From assembly GCA_963724765.1 (NCBI GenBank), contig CAVRVY010000004.1, positions 544,001-608,000 of the forward strand: 64,000 bases of DNA. The letters are read 5' to 3'. Made by a program: the position numbers and the translations under genes. Positions 20,495 through 30,121 of the stretch are shown here, in pieces; positions within the stretch are counted from its first letter, which is position 1, and each line of letters starts with the position of its first letter. The DNA comes from an uncultured delta proteobacterium. Lineage in GTDB: Bacteria > Desulfobacterota > Binatia > Binatales > Binataceae. Below the pieces are notes generated by a model, which saw nothing but the letters and a program-made list of their open reading frames with translations, was not told the origin of the DNA and made no database searches.

Positions 20495-21586
20495 CTATTT
20501 GAAATACGGAATTACGTGCTTACCCCAAAGCTTTATCGAGTCCATGATTTTCTGGTGCGGAATGTCGTAGATCTGCATGAAGCACAGCAGTTGCTGGCAG
20601 CCCGCCTCCTGGTAGCGCTTGACCTTCCTGATGCAGGTTTCGGGGTCGCCGCAGATGATCATGTCGTTCTGATCCATGAAGTCGAAATTGATGGTGGCCG
20701 GATCGACGTTCATCATCTGTTTGAGGTAGTCGTAAGTGCCCATGTCGGTCTTGCCCGACTGCCAGATGCCGACCGAGGCGACCGCCTCGAAAGCCTTGCG
20801 CGCGTACCATTCCATCGCCGCCTTGGCGGTTTCGCGCGCCTCCTTGTTGGTCTCCGCGCAATGCACCATCGTAAAGGTCGCGGCGCGATCGTTGATGAAC
20901 TTGCCAACCGGCCTCGCCTGCGCGATTCCGGCGCGGTAAATCCCGATTCGCCGCTTGAGTTCCTCGGGATCGACCAGCAGCGTGAACGACAGCAGGCCAA
21001 TTCCCTTGCGCCCCGCGATGTCGTGCGTCTCGGGACCGGTGGAGGCGCACCACAGCGGCGGATGCGGCTTCTGGAGCGGCTTAGGGATGATCTCGCGCGG
21101 CGGAATCTTGAAATATTTCCCCTCCCATGAGAACACCTCGTTGGTCCACGCGCCGACCACGATGTCGAGCGCCTCGTCCCATAGCGCGCGCGTCTGGCTG
21201 GGGTCGATGCCGAAGCCTTCGAGTTCGTCCTTGGTCACCGAGCGGCCGGTGCCGAACTCCATCCGTCCATCGCACAACAGGTCGAGCGTCGCGCCCATCT
21301 CGGCCACTCGGATCGGATGGTTATATGGGAACGGCAGCAGGCGCACGCCGTGGCCGATCCGGATCTTGCTCGTGCGCTGCGAGAGCGCGCCGTAAAGCAC
21401 CTCGGGCGCCGAGCTATAGGCGAACTCGGAGAGGAAGTGATGCTCGACCGACCAGAAATTGGTGAAGCCGACGCGCTCGGCCTCGACCACCTGGGATATC
21501 ACCTGCTGAAAGACGTCGTACTCGGCTCGCGGCCCGTAGGGTTTCTTGAGTTCGATCTCGTAGAAGATGCCGAAATCCATCGCCAT
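20495..21586 (-). CDS. LLM-class flavin-dependent oxidoreductase
   Basis: VEHHF, HPIRVAE, GRMEFGTGR, PKPLQKPHPP motifs. Confidence 0.9.
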   Translation of the reverse strand: MAMDFGIFYEIELKKPYGPRAEYDVFQQVISQVVEAERVGFTNFWSVEHHFLSEFAYSSAPEVLYGALSQRTSKIRIGHGVRLLPFPYNHPIRVAEMGATLDLLCDGRMEFGTGRSVTKDELEGFGIDPSQTRALWDEALDIVVGAWTNEVFSWEGKYFKIPPREIIPKPLQKPHPPLWCASTGPETHDIAGRKGIGLLSFTLLVDPEELKRRIGIYRAGIAQARPVGKFINDRAATFTMVHCAETNKEARETAKAAMEWYARKAFEAVASVGIWQSGKTDMGTYDYLKQMMNVDPATINFDFMDQNDMIICGDPETCIRKVKRYQEAGCQQLLCFMQIYDIPHQKIMDSIKLWGKHVIPYFK

Positions 21587-21618
21587 GATGTCCGTTCCTT
21601 TCGCTGCGCAGCCCTGGG

Positions 21619-22419
21619 CTAGCGCGCGAGTATCTTTAGAAATTCGTCGAGCGTGGCGTTGAACGCGGTGGGCTGCTCGAGCTGATAGAAGTGGCCGATG
21701 TCCCTAAACACGTTCAGCTTGGCGCCCGGGATGTTGTCGGCGAGAAACTTGTTCGCTGCCACCGGCGTCGCCTTGTCCTCCTCGCCCGCCAGGACCAGGG
21801 TCGGCCGCTTGATGTCCTTGAGCCGATGCTTGATGTTCCAGTTGAAGACGCCGTTGGGATCCTTGATCGCCGAGTCGAAGACGTGGCGCGGCCAGTTCGA
21901 CTCGAGCATGAAGTTGGCGCGCGCCAGGTCGAGAATTTCGGGCCGCTCGCGCTTCGTGCGCGCCGACACCGTGCCCTCCAGGAGCTGGTTGAAGGTTCCG
22001 TCGCGATCGCGAACCATCGACTCCATCACCTCTTTGGGTAGGCCCTCCGACAGCGCCGTGCCGCTGCTCTGGATCACCAGGCCCAGCACGCGTTCGGGGC
22101 GGGCAAGGCACAATTGCATCGCGATCATCCCGCCGATCGAGTTTCCAACGATAACCGCCTTGTCGATTTTCGCGGCGTCCATTACCGCGGCCACGTCGCT
22201 CGCATGCTCCTGAATCGAATAGCCGGTTGCAGGCTTGTCGGAGCGGCCATGGCCGCGATGGTCGATTATCACGCACCTGTTGGTGCGAGCGAAATGGAAG
22301 AGCTGGAAGTACCAGATATAGCCGTTGGTCGACCACGGATGGAGAAATACGATCGGCACGCCATCGTCTCCCCAACTCTCGTAGTAGACCTTGACGCCCT
22401 TGTTGTCGGCGTATGCCAT
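21619..22419 (-). CDS. Alpha/beta hydrolase
   Basis: DHRGHGRS, GNSIGG nucleophile elbow, GEED, GH motifs. Confidence 0.9.
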   Translation of the reverse strand: MAYADNKGVKVYYESWGDDGVPIVFLHPWSTNGYIWYFQLFHFARTNRCVIIDHRGHGRSDKPATGYSIQEHASDVAAVMDAAKIDKAVIVGNSIGGMIAMQLCLARPERVLGLVIQSSGTALSEGLPKEVMESMVRDRDGTFNQLLEGTVSARTKRERPEILDLARANFMLESNWPRHVFDSAIKDPNGVFNWNIKHRLKDIKRPTLVLAGEEDKATPVAANKFLADNIPGAKLNVFRDIGHFYQLEQPTAFNATLDEFLKILAR

Positions 22420-22586
22420 CGCAATCTCCTCTGGCCGGCGTTGTCGCGCGCCCACCCGGTCTCGCCTTCGCTAACACGAAAGTCCAAGGCAGGCAAATGA
22501 CGCCGGGAGCGCGGTTCTTGGCCTGGCGCGGCTGCGGAATCCGGCGTTGAACGATGGACGCAGCGAGCGGTGCGGGCGGTTCTGGT

Positions 22587-22609
22587 CCCTCTCCTTGTCC
22601 AAGGAGAGG
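22587..22609. repeat. REP-like palindrome
   Basis: cctctccttg-tc-caaggagagg. Confidence 0.45.
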
Positions 22610-22657
22610 TTATAAATGGATCCGGCAAAGCCGAGCCGTTTTGAAAGTCAGATCAGG

Positions 22658-24313
22658 CTATTCGAACAGAAATCCCTCGTAGCCCTTGGCCGCCACTTCA
22701 TCAACCTTCTTCCGATAGGCCAGAGCGCCGCCAAAGTACATCAGGACCGTGCGTTTCTTACCGGGGATATTGGCGCCGAAAAACCAGGAGTCGACCTCGG
22801 ATAAGAGTGTGCCAACGGCCAGTTCGTTGACGTGGTCCGTCCACGCTTGTTCCGCCTGCGGACTAGCCGCGATGCGCGTAAAGCCCTTCTCGCGCAAATA
22901 GCGGATGCAATCGGTTACCCACTCGACATTCTGCTCGATACATCTGGGCATGTTGCAGAATGTGGCGCCATTATGGGGTCCGACCAGGGTAAAAAGATTC
23001 GGGAAGCCAGCGCTCTGAATGCCAAGGTACGTACGCGGCCCATCGGCCCATTTGTCCTTGAGCGAAAGCCCGCCTTCGCCGCGGATATCGATCCTGGTCA
23101 GCGGCCCGGTCACGGCGTCAAAACCGGTCGCATAGATGATAACGTCGAGTTCGTACTCCGCGTCACTGGTCTTGACGCCCTTGGGCGTGATGCGCTCGAT
23201 TGGCGACTCGCGGAGATCGACCAACAAGACATTATCCCGGTTGAACTGCTCGTAGTAGCCGCTCTCCAAAGGCACGCGCTTGGTCCCGAACGGATGGTTT
23301 TTGGGAACCAGCTTTTCCGCGACGATCGGATCCTTGACCCGTTCGCGAATCTTGTTGCGAACGAACTCCGCGAACAATTCGTTCGCCTCCTTGTTGCTCA
23401 TAACGTCGCGGAAATTGCCGAGCCATTTTGAAAAGCCCGGTTGCGCCCACAGTTCCTCGAACCGTGCCTGCCGCTCCTCGGGAGTCACATCGAAGACCGA
23501 CCGCGGATCGAAGTCGTGGATAAAGCCGGCGAAGGTTTCGCGCGTTCTTTTGAAAATTTCGGGATAGCTGGCTTTGATTTTGGCCCGAGTCTCGGCATCG
23601 ACCGGCCCGTTGCGCAGCGGCGCACAATAATTCGCCGTGCGTTGGAAGACCGTCAGATGGCCCACCTCCTTGGCGATTTCCGTGATGAGTTGGACCGCCG
23701 TGGCGCCCGTCCCGATCACGCCGACGCGTTTGCCGGTGAAGTCGATGCGTTCCTTGGGCCATCGCGAGGTATGAAATGACTCGTCCTTGAAGCTCTCGAT
23801 CCCGGTAAAGGCAGGAATGTTCTGGGCGGAAAGGATTCCGACCGCCGTGATGAGCAGCCGTGCCCGTGCGCGGGCGCCGTCGTCAAGCCGGATTTCCCAG
23901 TAATTTTCCTTTTCATCGTAGATCGCTGCCGCGACAGTGGCATTGAATCGGATGTCGCGGCGCAGGTCGAATTTATCCGCCACGTAGTTGAGGTAGCGCT
24001 CGTTCTCAGGCTGGCCGGAGAAGTGCTCCTTCCAATCCCACTCCTTCAGGAGTTCTTCCGAAAATGAGTAGCCATAGCTGTAACTTTCGGAATCGAAACG
24101 CGCGCCCGGATAGCGGTTCCAGTACCATGTCCCGCCAACTCCGCTGCCAGCCTCGTAAACCCGTACCGCGAGCCCGAGTTCCCGCAGACGAATCAGTTGA
24201 TAGAGTCCGGAAATCCCGGCTCCGATGATGATGGCGTCAAACTGTTCGACTGGCCCCGCATTCGATACCGGCGTGGGCCTGCGAATGTCGAGTTGTTGTT
24301 CGCAGGGTGGCAT
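22658..24313 (-). CDS. Type I Baeyer-Villiger monooxygenase (cyclohexanone monooxygenase family)
   Basis: GAGISG, GGTWYWNRYPGA, FxxxxxHTSRWP fingerprint, GTGATA, ATGFDA. Confidence 0.92.
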   Translation of the reverse strand: MPPCEQQLDIRRPTPVSNAGPVEQFDAIIIGAGISGLYQLIRLRELGLAVRVYEAGSGVGGTWYWNRYPGARFDSESYSYGYSFSEELLKEWDWKEHFSGQPENERYLNYVADKFDLRRDIRFNATVAAAIYDEKENYWEIRLDDGARARARLLITAVGILSAQNIPAFTGIESFKDESFHTSRWPKERIDFTGKRVGVIGTGATAVQLITEIAKEVGHLTVFQRTANYCAPLRNGPVDAETRAKIKASYPEIFKRTRETFAGFIHDFDPRSVFDVTPEERQARFEELWAQPGFSKWLGNFRDVMSNKEANELFAEFVRNKIRERVKDPIVAEKLVPKNHPFGTKRVPLESGYYEQFNRDNVLLVDLRESPIERITPKGVKTSDAEYELDVIIYATGFDAVTGPLTRIDIRGEGGLSLKDKWADGPRTYLGIQSAGFPNLFTLVGPHNGATFCNMPRCIEQNVEWVTDCIRYLREKGFTRIAASPQAEQAWTDHVNELAVGTLLSEVDSWFFGANIPGKKRTVLMYFGGALAYRKKVDEVAAKGYEGFLFE

Positions 24314-24336
24314 CGCAAGTCGCGCTTTCGCGCAGC

Positions 24337-25500
24337 TTAACCTGGGTTCGACACCCGCGGCAGAACCTTGGTCGCAAACAACTCGATCGTTTTCATCAGC
24401 CGGTCGTGCGCCATCAGGCCATTGTACATCCAGGCGAAAATCCACGAGACCGGCAATCGCTTGAGCAATCCCTCGACCTGACGCGTCACGGTGTCGACCG
24501 TGCCGACCAGCGCCAGACCGTTCTCGAACAGGTCCGGCGTCTCGCCGCTCTCCGGATCCTCGAGCCCCTTGGCGAATCCGAACGGCAGAAACCATTCGCG
24601 GCCGCAGAAATATCCGCTCTCATGCCAGATCGCGTGCGCTTCCTCGTCGGTGTCGGCGATGATGACGTCGCGCAGTACGCCCATCCCTTCTCCCGGCGGA
24701 CGGCCGGAGACCTCGGCATAGACGTCGCACAACTGGCGCTCGAAGGCCGGGAAGAGCGGCGGAATCACGGCGGTCACGCCCTCCTGCGCACACCATCGGA
24801 TGCTGCGTTCCGACGACGCGAAGGGCTGGAAGATCGGCGGATGCGGCTTCTGCACGGGCTTGGGCACCACGCTCACCGCCTTGACGATGCCCTCCTCGAC
24901 GCCCCTGCCCCACTTGGCCGTGGCCTCGATCGTCCACGGCGTCTCGCCCGGCGGTACGCGCCAGTACTTGCCCTGGTAGCTCAGCATGTCCTGGGTCCAC
25001 GCGGCCTTGATGATGCGGAAGCATTCCTCGAACGCGGCGCGGTTGGCGGCGTCGATCTCGTCGTGCTGATGCGGCTGGGCGCCGTGGATGCCGTGGGTCT
25101 GCTGGGCCATAATGTCGACCCAGCGGCGCTGGTAGCCGCGCGCGAAGCCGGCGTTGGCGCGTCCGCCGGTCATGTGGTCGAGCATCGCGATATCTTCAGC
25201 CACGCGGATGGGATTGTTGGCCGGCAGCACGATGCCGAGTTGGCCAACGCATAGCCGCTTGGTCTGCATCCCGATATAGAGGTCGAGCAGCACCGGATTG
25301 TTGGAAAGCTCGAAGCCCTCGGCGTGGAAATGATGCTCGGTGAAGCTGATCGAGTCGTAGCCGAGGTCGTCGGCCAAGCGGGCCTGCGCGGAAACCTCGC
25401 GCAGCATCTGGTCGTACAGTTCGCCGCGGAGCCCAACCATCCCTTGTTCGATCTGGGCCTTGTTACCGACCGACGGAAGATAGAAGAGCGATACTTTCAT
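24337..25500 (-). CDS. LLM-class flavin-dependent oxidoreductase
   Basis: TEHHFH, NPIRVAE, GFARGYQRRW, PKPVQKPHPP motifs. Confidence 0.9.
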   Translation of the reverse strand: MKVSLFYLPSVGNKAQIEQGMVGLRGELYDQMLREVSAQARLADDLGYDSISFTEHHFHAEGFELSNNPVLLDLYIGMQTKRLCVGQLGIVLPANNPIRVAEDIAMLDHMTGGRANAGFARGYQRRWVDIMAQQTHGIHGAQPHQHDEIDAANRAAFEECFRIIKAAWTQDMLSYQGKYWRVPPGETPWTIEATAKWGRGVEEGIVKAVSVVPKPVQKPHPPIFQPFASSERSIRWCAQEGVTAVIPPLFPAFERQLCDVYAEVSGRPPGEGMGVLRDVIIADTDEEAHAIWHESGYFCGREWFLPFGFAKGLEDPESGETPDLFENGLALVGTVDTVTRQVEGLLKRLPVSWIFAWMYNGLMAHDRLMKTIELFATKVLPRVSNPG

Positions 25501-25592
25501 TCATGCCTCGATTTTTGCGAGACCTTCGCAGATTCGGCGCTACGGGCGGCGCAAAAGACGGTTCCATGCGCGCGCGCCGTTACTGCGCGCCG

Positions 25593-27077
25593 CTACTTCG
25601 TGGCGCGCGCGGCGGCGGACTGTTTGGCCGGCGCCACCAGAAGGGTGGCGGCCTCCTTCTCCACGCGCGTGCCCTTGAAAAAATCCGGATTCATCGCGCC
25701 CCAGAACTCGACCGGATTGGTAAACACGAAGTCGCGGAAATCCCGCTCCGCGATCAGCCCCTCGTCGAGCAGCTCGTGCGCCTCGGGCAACACCTCGCGC
25801 ATGTCGGGCACGTCGAAATGGCCGATGTCGGAGCCGAAGAGCGTCTTGAGCCTGGCGCCGTATGGGTTGACCCGCTCATCAAAGCCCCACACATTCATCG
25901 GATCGTCCGCTTCGCAACCGAAATGGAGATTCCTGCAGAACAAGTCGCGGATATCCTCGGCGCGCTCGATTCCGCACGCCGCGAAGTCATCGTAACGCCC
26001 GGCTCCCGGCATCGCAGGCATACCACCCTCGCCCTCCGGCTTCCATTGTTCGAGCTTGCCGGTCCACGCCGGAGCGGCGTAGCGGCGGAACAGTTCGGCC
26101 AGGCGCTGGCGATCGAGGTTGGCCGGATCGACTTCGGCGAGCGCCCGGGAGTTGCGCTTTTTCCAATGTCCGATCAGGTCTGCATACAGATTGCAGGCCC
26201 ATCCGACGCCGCCCTCCAGGAACGCGATCTTGAGCGTAGGAAAGCGCCGCGTCACGCCGCCAAGGAACAGCGCCTTGCACACCGCTTCGGCCGAGACCGC
26301 GAAATGTCCGATGTGGTTGTAAGTGAAGTTCGACACCGACACGCGCATCCCATAGCCGCGGCCGCTTGAATGGAAGGTCGGCGCGATTCCAAGTTCGACG
26401 CACTTCGCCCACACCGGGTCGTAGTCGTAAGCGCTGTCCAGGCCGAACATGTCGAGCCAGGTCGCGTAGCGCGCGAGTTCGGGCGAGCGGCGCGCGGCCG
26501 CCGGGATCGGCCGTTTGATTACGCTCGCCATCACAACCACCTTGAGCTTGAGCGTTCTCGCCACGTGCTCGAGTTCCTCTATTGCCTCGGCCGGCGTGTT
26601 CATCGGGATCACCGCGGCCGGCGTCAGCCGGTCGGCATACGGAGCGAACTGCTCGGCGGCGAACGTGTTGAACGCGCGGCAGGCCGCGCGGCGCACCTCG
26701 TCGTTGCTGATGAAGGGCACCGAAAGCCCGGTGGTCGGGTAGAGCACGGAGAAGTCCAGCCCGAGTTCGTCGAGGCGCTCGTAGAGCAGACGCGGGAGCA
26801 TCGCAGTCGCGCGGTCGAGCGTGTTGCGGGTCGGAAAGGTCCACCAGCCCTGTTGCGGACGGCGCGCGTCGCGGCGTTCGTCCACGGTTAGCTCGAGGTC
26901 GCGCACGATCCGTCCGTTGCGCGAGTCGAAGGCCTCGGCCACGCCGCGCCCGGCCACGCGCTCGAGGTACTCGCTGATAGCCGGTCCGAACTCGAGCCAG
27001 TGGCCGTCGGAATCAACCACTGGATGGCTCAGCCGTGCGCGAATCGCCGCAGGATCGGGAGCATGACCGGTGGACAT
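25593..27077 (-). CDS. Amidohydrolase_2 family protein
   Basis: DSDGH, YDPVWAKCVELG, FLEGGVGW, FGSDIGHFD motifs. Confidence 0.88.
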   Translation of the reverse strand: MSTGHAPDPAAIRARLSHPVVDSDGHWLEFGPAISEYLERVAGRGVAEAFDSRNGRIVRDLELTVDERRDARRPQQGWWTFPTRNTLDRATAMLPRLLYERLDELGLDFSVLYPTTGLSVPFISNDEVRRAACRAFNTFAAEQFAPYADRLTPAAVIPMNTPAEAIEELEHVARTLKLKVVVMASVIKRPIPAAARRSPELARYATWLDMFGLDSAYDYDPVWAKCVELGIAPTFHSSGRGYGMRVSVSNFTYNHIGHFAVSAEAVCKALFLGGVTRRFPTLKIAFLEGGVGWACNLYADLIGHWKKRNSRALAEVDPANLDRQRLAELFRRYAAPAWTGKLEQWKPEGEGGMPAMPGAGRYDDFAACGIERAEDIRDLFCRNLHFGCEADDPMNVWGFDERVNPYGARLKTLFGSDIGHFDVPDMREVLPEAHELLDEGLIAERDFRDFVFTNPVEFWGAMNPDFFKGTRVEKEAATLLVAPAKQSAAARATK

Positions 27078-27219
27078 CGAAGTCAAAACCTCCTCGCCCG
27101 GCCCGCATCCGGCGGGTCTCAGGCGGACGACATCGTATACCGATCTGGTTTGGTAATTTTAAGGCCGGCCTGTCAAGGGCGCGGCGCACGCTTGCGTGGC
27201 CGCGCCCGCACGGCGCTGC

Positions 27220-27531
27220 TTAGCGCAGGGATAGCTTGGGGAATAGCGTCTTGAGGTCGATCGGAGGCTCGTCAGCGATTTCCTCCGCAGATTCAACCAC
27301 TTGCGCGACCCCCCTCTCTTCGTCGTTATCGACGTAAAGCCCTCTTTTCACGAAATAACGGCGTTGACGGAACGGATTATCGTCTTTCGCATCAGCAATC
27401 GGCTCGCTCGCCGGGATAGGTCCAGGTTCGGCAGTCAGGCACTGCGCAGTCGGCATGGCGTCGAGAACTTCCTTCACCATGTGTTGAGGGTTTCGCGCGA
27501 TAATTGAAGCAATCTTCTTAAACCAGGACAT
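27220..27531 (-). CDS. Orphan hypothetical protein
   Basis: 103-aa ORF with GAGGAGAGG SD and an amphipathic N-terminus. Confidence 0.6.
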   Translation of the reverse strand: MSWFKKIASIIARNPQHMVKEVLDAMPTAQCLTAEPGPIPASEPIADAKDDNPFRQRRYFVKRGLYVDNDEERGVAQVVESAEEIADEPPIDLKTLFPKLSLR

Positions 27532-27911
27532 CTTCCTCTCCTCAAAAGTTTGCCAGAAGGGTTGATTGAAAGGCTTGGACTGCGGTCGTGGCAACGCCGA
27601 AGTCGAAGCAGAAAAACAGCGAAAAGAGAACGTAAGTACTATTTGCTTGTTTAAACATCTAGTACAGCTTTGTAACAGATGTAATAAAGCGTTTCCATAT
27701 CTAATCCGTCAAATCCGCTATTTAATTGCAAATAGTTTCGCACTGAATAGATTAGATTTCTTATATTTGGCTTTGTTCGGCTCTATTTTCAGATCAGTGC
27801 GGCTAGCGACCCGGTTTGGGCGGTCCAAGTTCGCTTGGGCTGACTTTTGTCACGCCGCTCTTGATTAAATTCACCGCGGGCGGGATGAAGAGGCTGGAGG
27901 TATGCGAACTG

Positions 27912-28682
27912 ATGGGATCAAACCTTAGAGGCAAAGTGGCGCTGGTCACCGGCGGCGGATCGGGAATCGGCAAGGCCTCCGCGATGGCGTTTGCGCGCGA
28001 GGGCGCGAAAGTAGCTATCGCGGATTATGTGCCGGAGGGCGGCGAGCGCACCGCCAAGGAGATCGCGGCGGCCGGCGGCGAAGCGATCTTCATCCACGCC
28101 GACGTCTCGGTCTGCCGGGAGGTCGAGGCGATGGTGAACAAGGTCGTGCAGACCTGGGGTCGGCTCGACTGCGCGCACAACAACGCCGGTGTCGAGGGCC
28201 GCATGGCCAACACTGCCCAATGCACCGAAGAGAATTTCGACCGCGTGATCGCGATCAACCTCAAGGGCGTGTGGCTCTGCATGAAACACGAGATCCCGCA
28301 GATGCTCAAGCAGGGCGCCGGCGCAATCGTGAACACCGCGTCGGTGGCGGGGTTGGTCGGCTTCCGCGGGCTGGTGGCCTACAACGCGTCCAAGGGCGGC
28401 GTCATCATGATGACCAAGACGGCGGCGCTCGAGTACGCGCAACAAGGCATCCGCGTCAACGCGGTGTGCCCGGGTGTAATCCGCACGCCGATGGTCGCGC
28501 GGATGCTCGACGCGAGCACGATCGAGACCTACACGGAGAAGGATCTCGAGGCGGCCGAGCCGGTGGGTCGGATGGGCAAGCCCGAGGAGATTGCCGAAGC
28601 GGTGGTATGGCTGTGCTCGGAGGCCGCGTCATTCGTGACCGGGCTGCCGATGGCGGTCGACGGCGGCTGGATCGCGCAGTAG
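27912..28682 (+). CDS. SDR oxidoreductase (glucose 1-dehydrogenase/FabG-like)
   Basis: TGGGSGIG, NNAG, YNASK, IRVNAVCPG motifs; GGAGG SD. Confidence 0.92.
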   Translation: MGSNLRGKVALVTGGGSGIGKASAMAFAREGAKVAIADYVPEGGERTAKEIAAAGGEAIFIHADVSVCREVEAMVNKVVQTWGRLDCAHNNAGVEGRMANTAQCTEENFDRVIAINLKGVWLCMKHEIPQMLKQGAGAIVNTASVAGLVGFRGLVAYNASKGGVIMMTKTAALEYAQQGIRVNAVCPGVIRTPMVARMLDASTIETYTEKDLEAAEPVGRMGKPEEIAEAVVWLCSEAASFVTGLPMAVDGGWIAQ

Positions 28683-28871
28683 AGCGCGAGGCGGCTGGAC
28701 CGCGGCTCCGAACCGTGGTCCGGCCGCTGTCTCACTAACGAGCGTTCCTGTCTCGCATCGTTCGGCCATCGCGTCTCAGATCTTAACCTCGCCTACCCTA
28801 CTGCGCAGGACCCAAACGTCGCCGGGCCCGATTCGGCCGCATTGGTGCTGAGGTCCGTGCCGATGCGTTCA

Positions 28872-28887
28872 CGGCACCCTGTTTGCT
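28872..28887 (+). promoter_or_regulatory. Putative sigma-54 -24/-12 promoter
   Basis: CGGCAC-CCTGT-TTGCT matches YGGCAC-N5-TTGC, ~45 nt upstream of ATG 28931. Confidence 0.55.
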
Positions 28888-28930
28888 CCTTTACCGTTGC
28901 ATGAGAGCGCACTCAGTGAGGAAAGCAATC

Positions 28931-29314
28931 ATGAACGAAGCAACTCTGAACCTCGACCATAGCCAGGCAACCTCGACTTCTACTGAGAAGGAGCCGAACA
29001 CTGCCGAATACGACGTACGCGTGGCGGTGGATGCGGAGCCTCGCGCCTACAAGGCGCTCCCCGACCGTCCAGCCCGACCTAACTTTATGGATTTCTTCGC
29101 GCCGCGTCGCCGTCATCCCATCGATAAGACCGTCCCGAGATATATGGCGCTCGCCGAGCCACCAGCCGACTTATCGGAAATCGTGACTGAAACTCCGGTA
29201 ACTTCGGAAATCCTGGAAGCCTCGACAGACCAATCGACCGAACAAACCGTCTCCCCTGGCAAAGCGCTGACCGAGCCCGTCGCCGCCGAACGCACCCACC
29301 ATGGGACGGATTGA
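28931..29314 (+). CDS. Orphan, likely disordered hypothetical protein
   Basis: 127-aa ORF with GAGG SD; rich in T/E/P/S. Confidence 0.6.
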   Translation: MNEATLNLDHSQATSTSTEKEPNTAEYDVRVAVDAEPRAYKALPDRPARPNFMDFFAPRRRHPIDKTVPRYMALAEPPADLSEIVTETPVTSEILEASTDQSTEQTVSPGKALTEPVAAERTHHGTD

Positions 29315-29501
29315 ACCTTGGCTTGGTGACGCGAAGCCGGCGCGACCTGAATGTACCGTGGAGGTCAGCCGGATCGGGTCAAAAGACAGGTCCGAGAAAG
29401 ACGCTGATGGACTGACATAGCGTCCCAAAAGGAGTAGAATTTTTACGGCTTGGTCCGTGATAGGCGAGAGCACTTCACATCAAAGGACTGCCCCCGGGGA
29501 T

Positions 29502-29621
29502 ATGAGAAGAAAGACCGCTTTCAATGAGAGTCATCTTTGGGAAAACATCGGACTCTTCGTGTTCCTGGCGGCTGGACTAATCGGCCTATGGTATGTGATG
29601 GCTAACATCATCTCGTGGTAA
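29502..29621 (+). CDS. Small single-TM peptide (39 aa)
   Basis: MRRKTAFNESHLWENIGLFVFLAAGLIGLWYVMANIISW*; below the ORF-track cutoff. Confidence 0.5.
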   Translation: MRRKTAFNESHLWENIGLFVFLAAGLIGLWYVMANIISW

Positions 29622-29797
29622 CTTTGCCACTAGCCTCTAATCCATCTGGACTAACACCAGCCTTCTTCATCATACGACCTATCGTTCGCGTGCGATAAGC
29701 AGCGCCGCCAGAGCGTCGGCCTGGCGTCATCCGTCAGGATTTCACATCTTAAGCGGGCTTAGGCGGCGCTGTCAGCTCCTCCGCGCGTCAAAACCGC

Positions 29798-30121
29798 TTA
29801 GAAGCAGGAAAATCGGTTGATGCCGATATTATTGCAGGTGGTCTGACCGGAGGCGGGCGCGATGGCGCGATGCTCGGGCCTATTCATGGCCGGCGGAATC
29901 AAGCCTGGCGACCTGCTAGCGAGCGGTTCCAGTACCTGCACCTGGTCGATGTCGTCGAGCGCGCTTGCAGTATCGCCCTGCCGGGCGGCGAGCAGCGCAT
30001 TCTGGCGTAACTTCTGCGCACGCTTGAAATTCGCGGCGTCCTGATCCGCGGTCGAACAGCCGGAAAGGACGAGGAAAAAAATCAGGCCAAGGCGCAGGCG
30101 TCGCTTGAAATCGGCCCTCAT
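29798..30121 (-). CDS. Putative lipoprotein
   Basis: Basic N-terminus, hydrophobic core, LSGC lipobox. Confidence 0.65.
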   Translation of the reverse strand: MRADFKRRLRLGLIFFLVLSGCSTADQDAANFKRAQKLRQNALLAARQGDTASALDDIDQVQVLEPLASRSPGLIPPAMNRPEHRAIAPASGQTTCNNIGINRFSCF

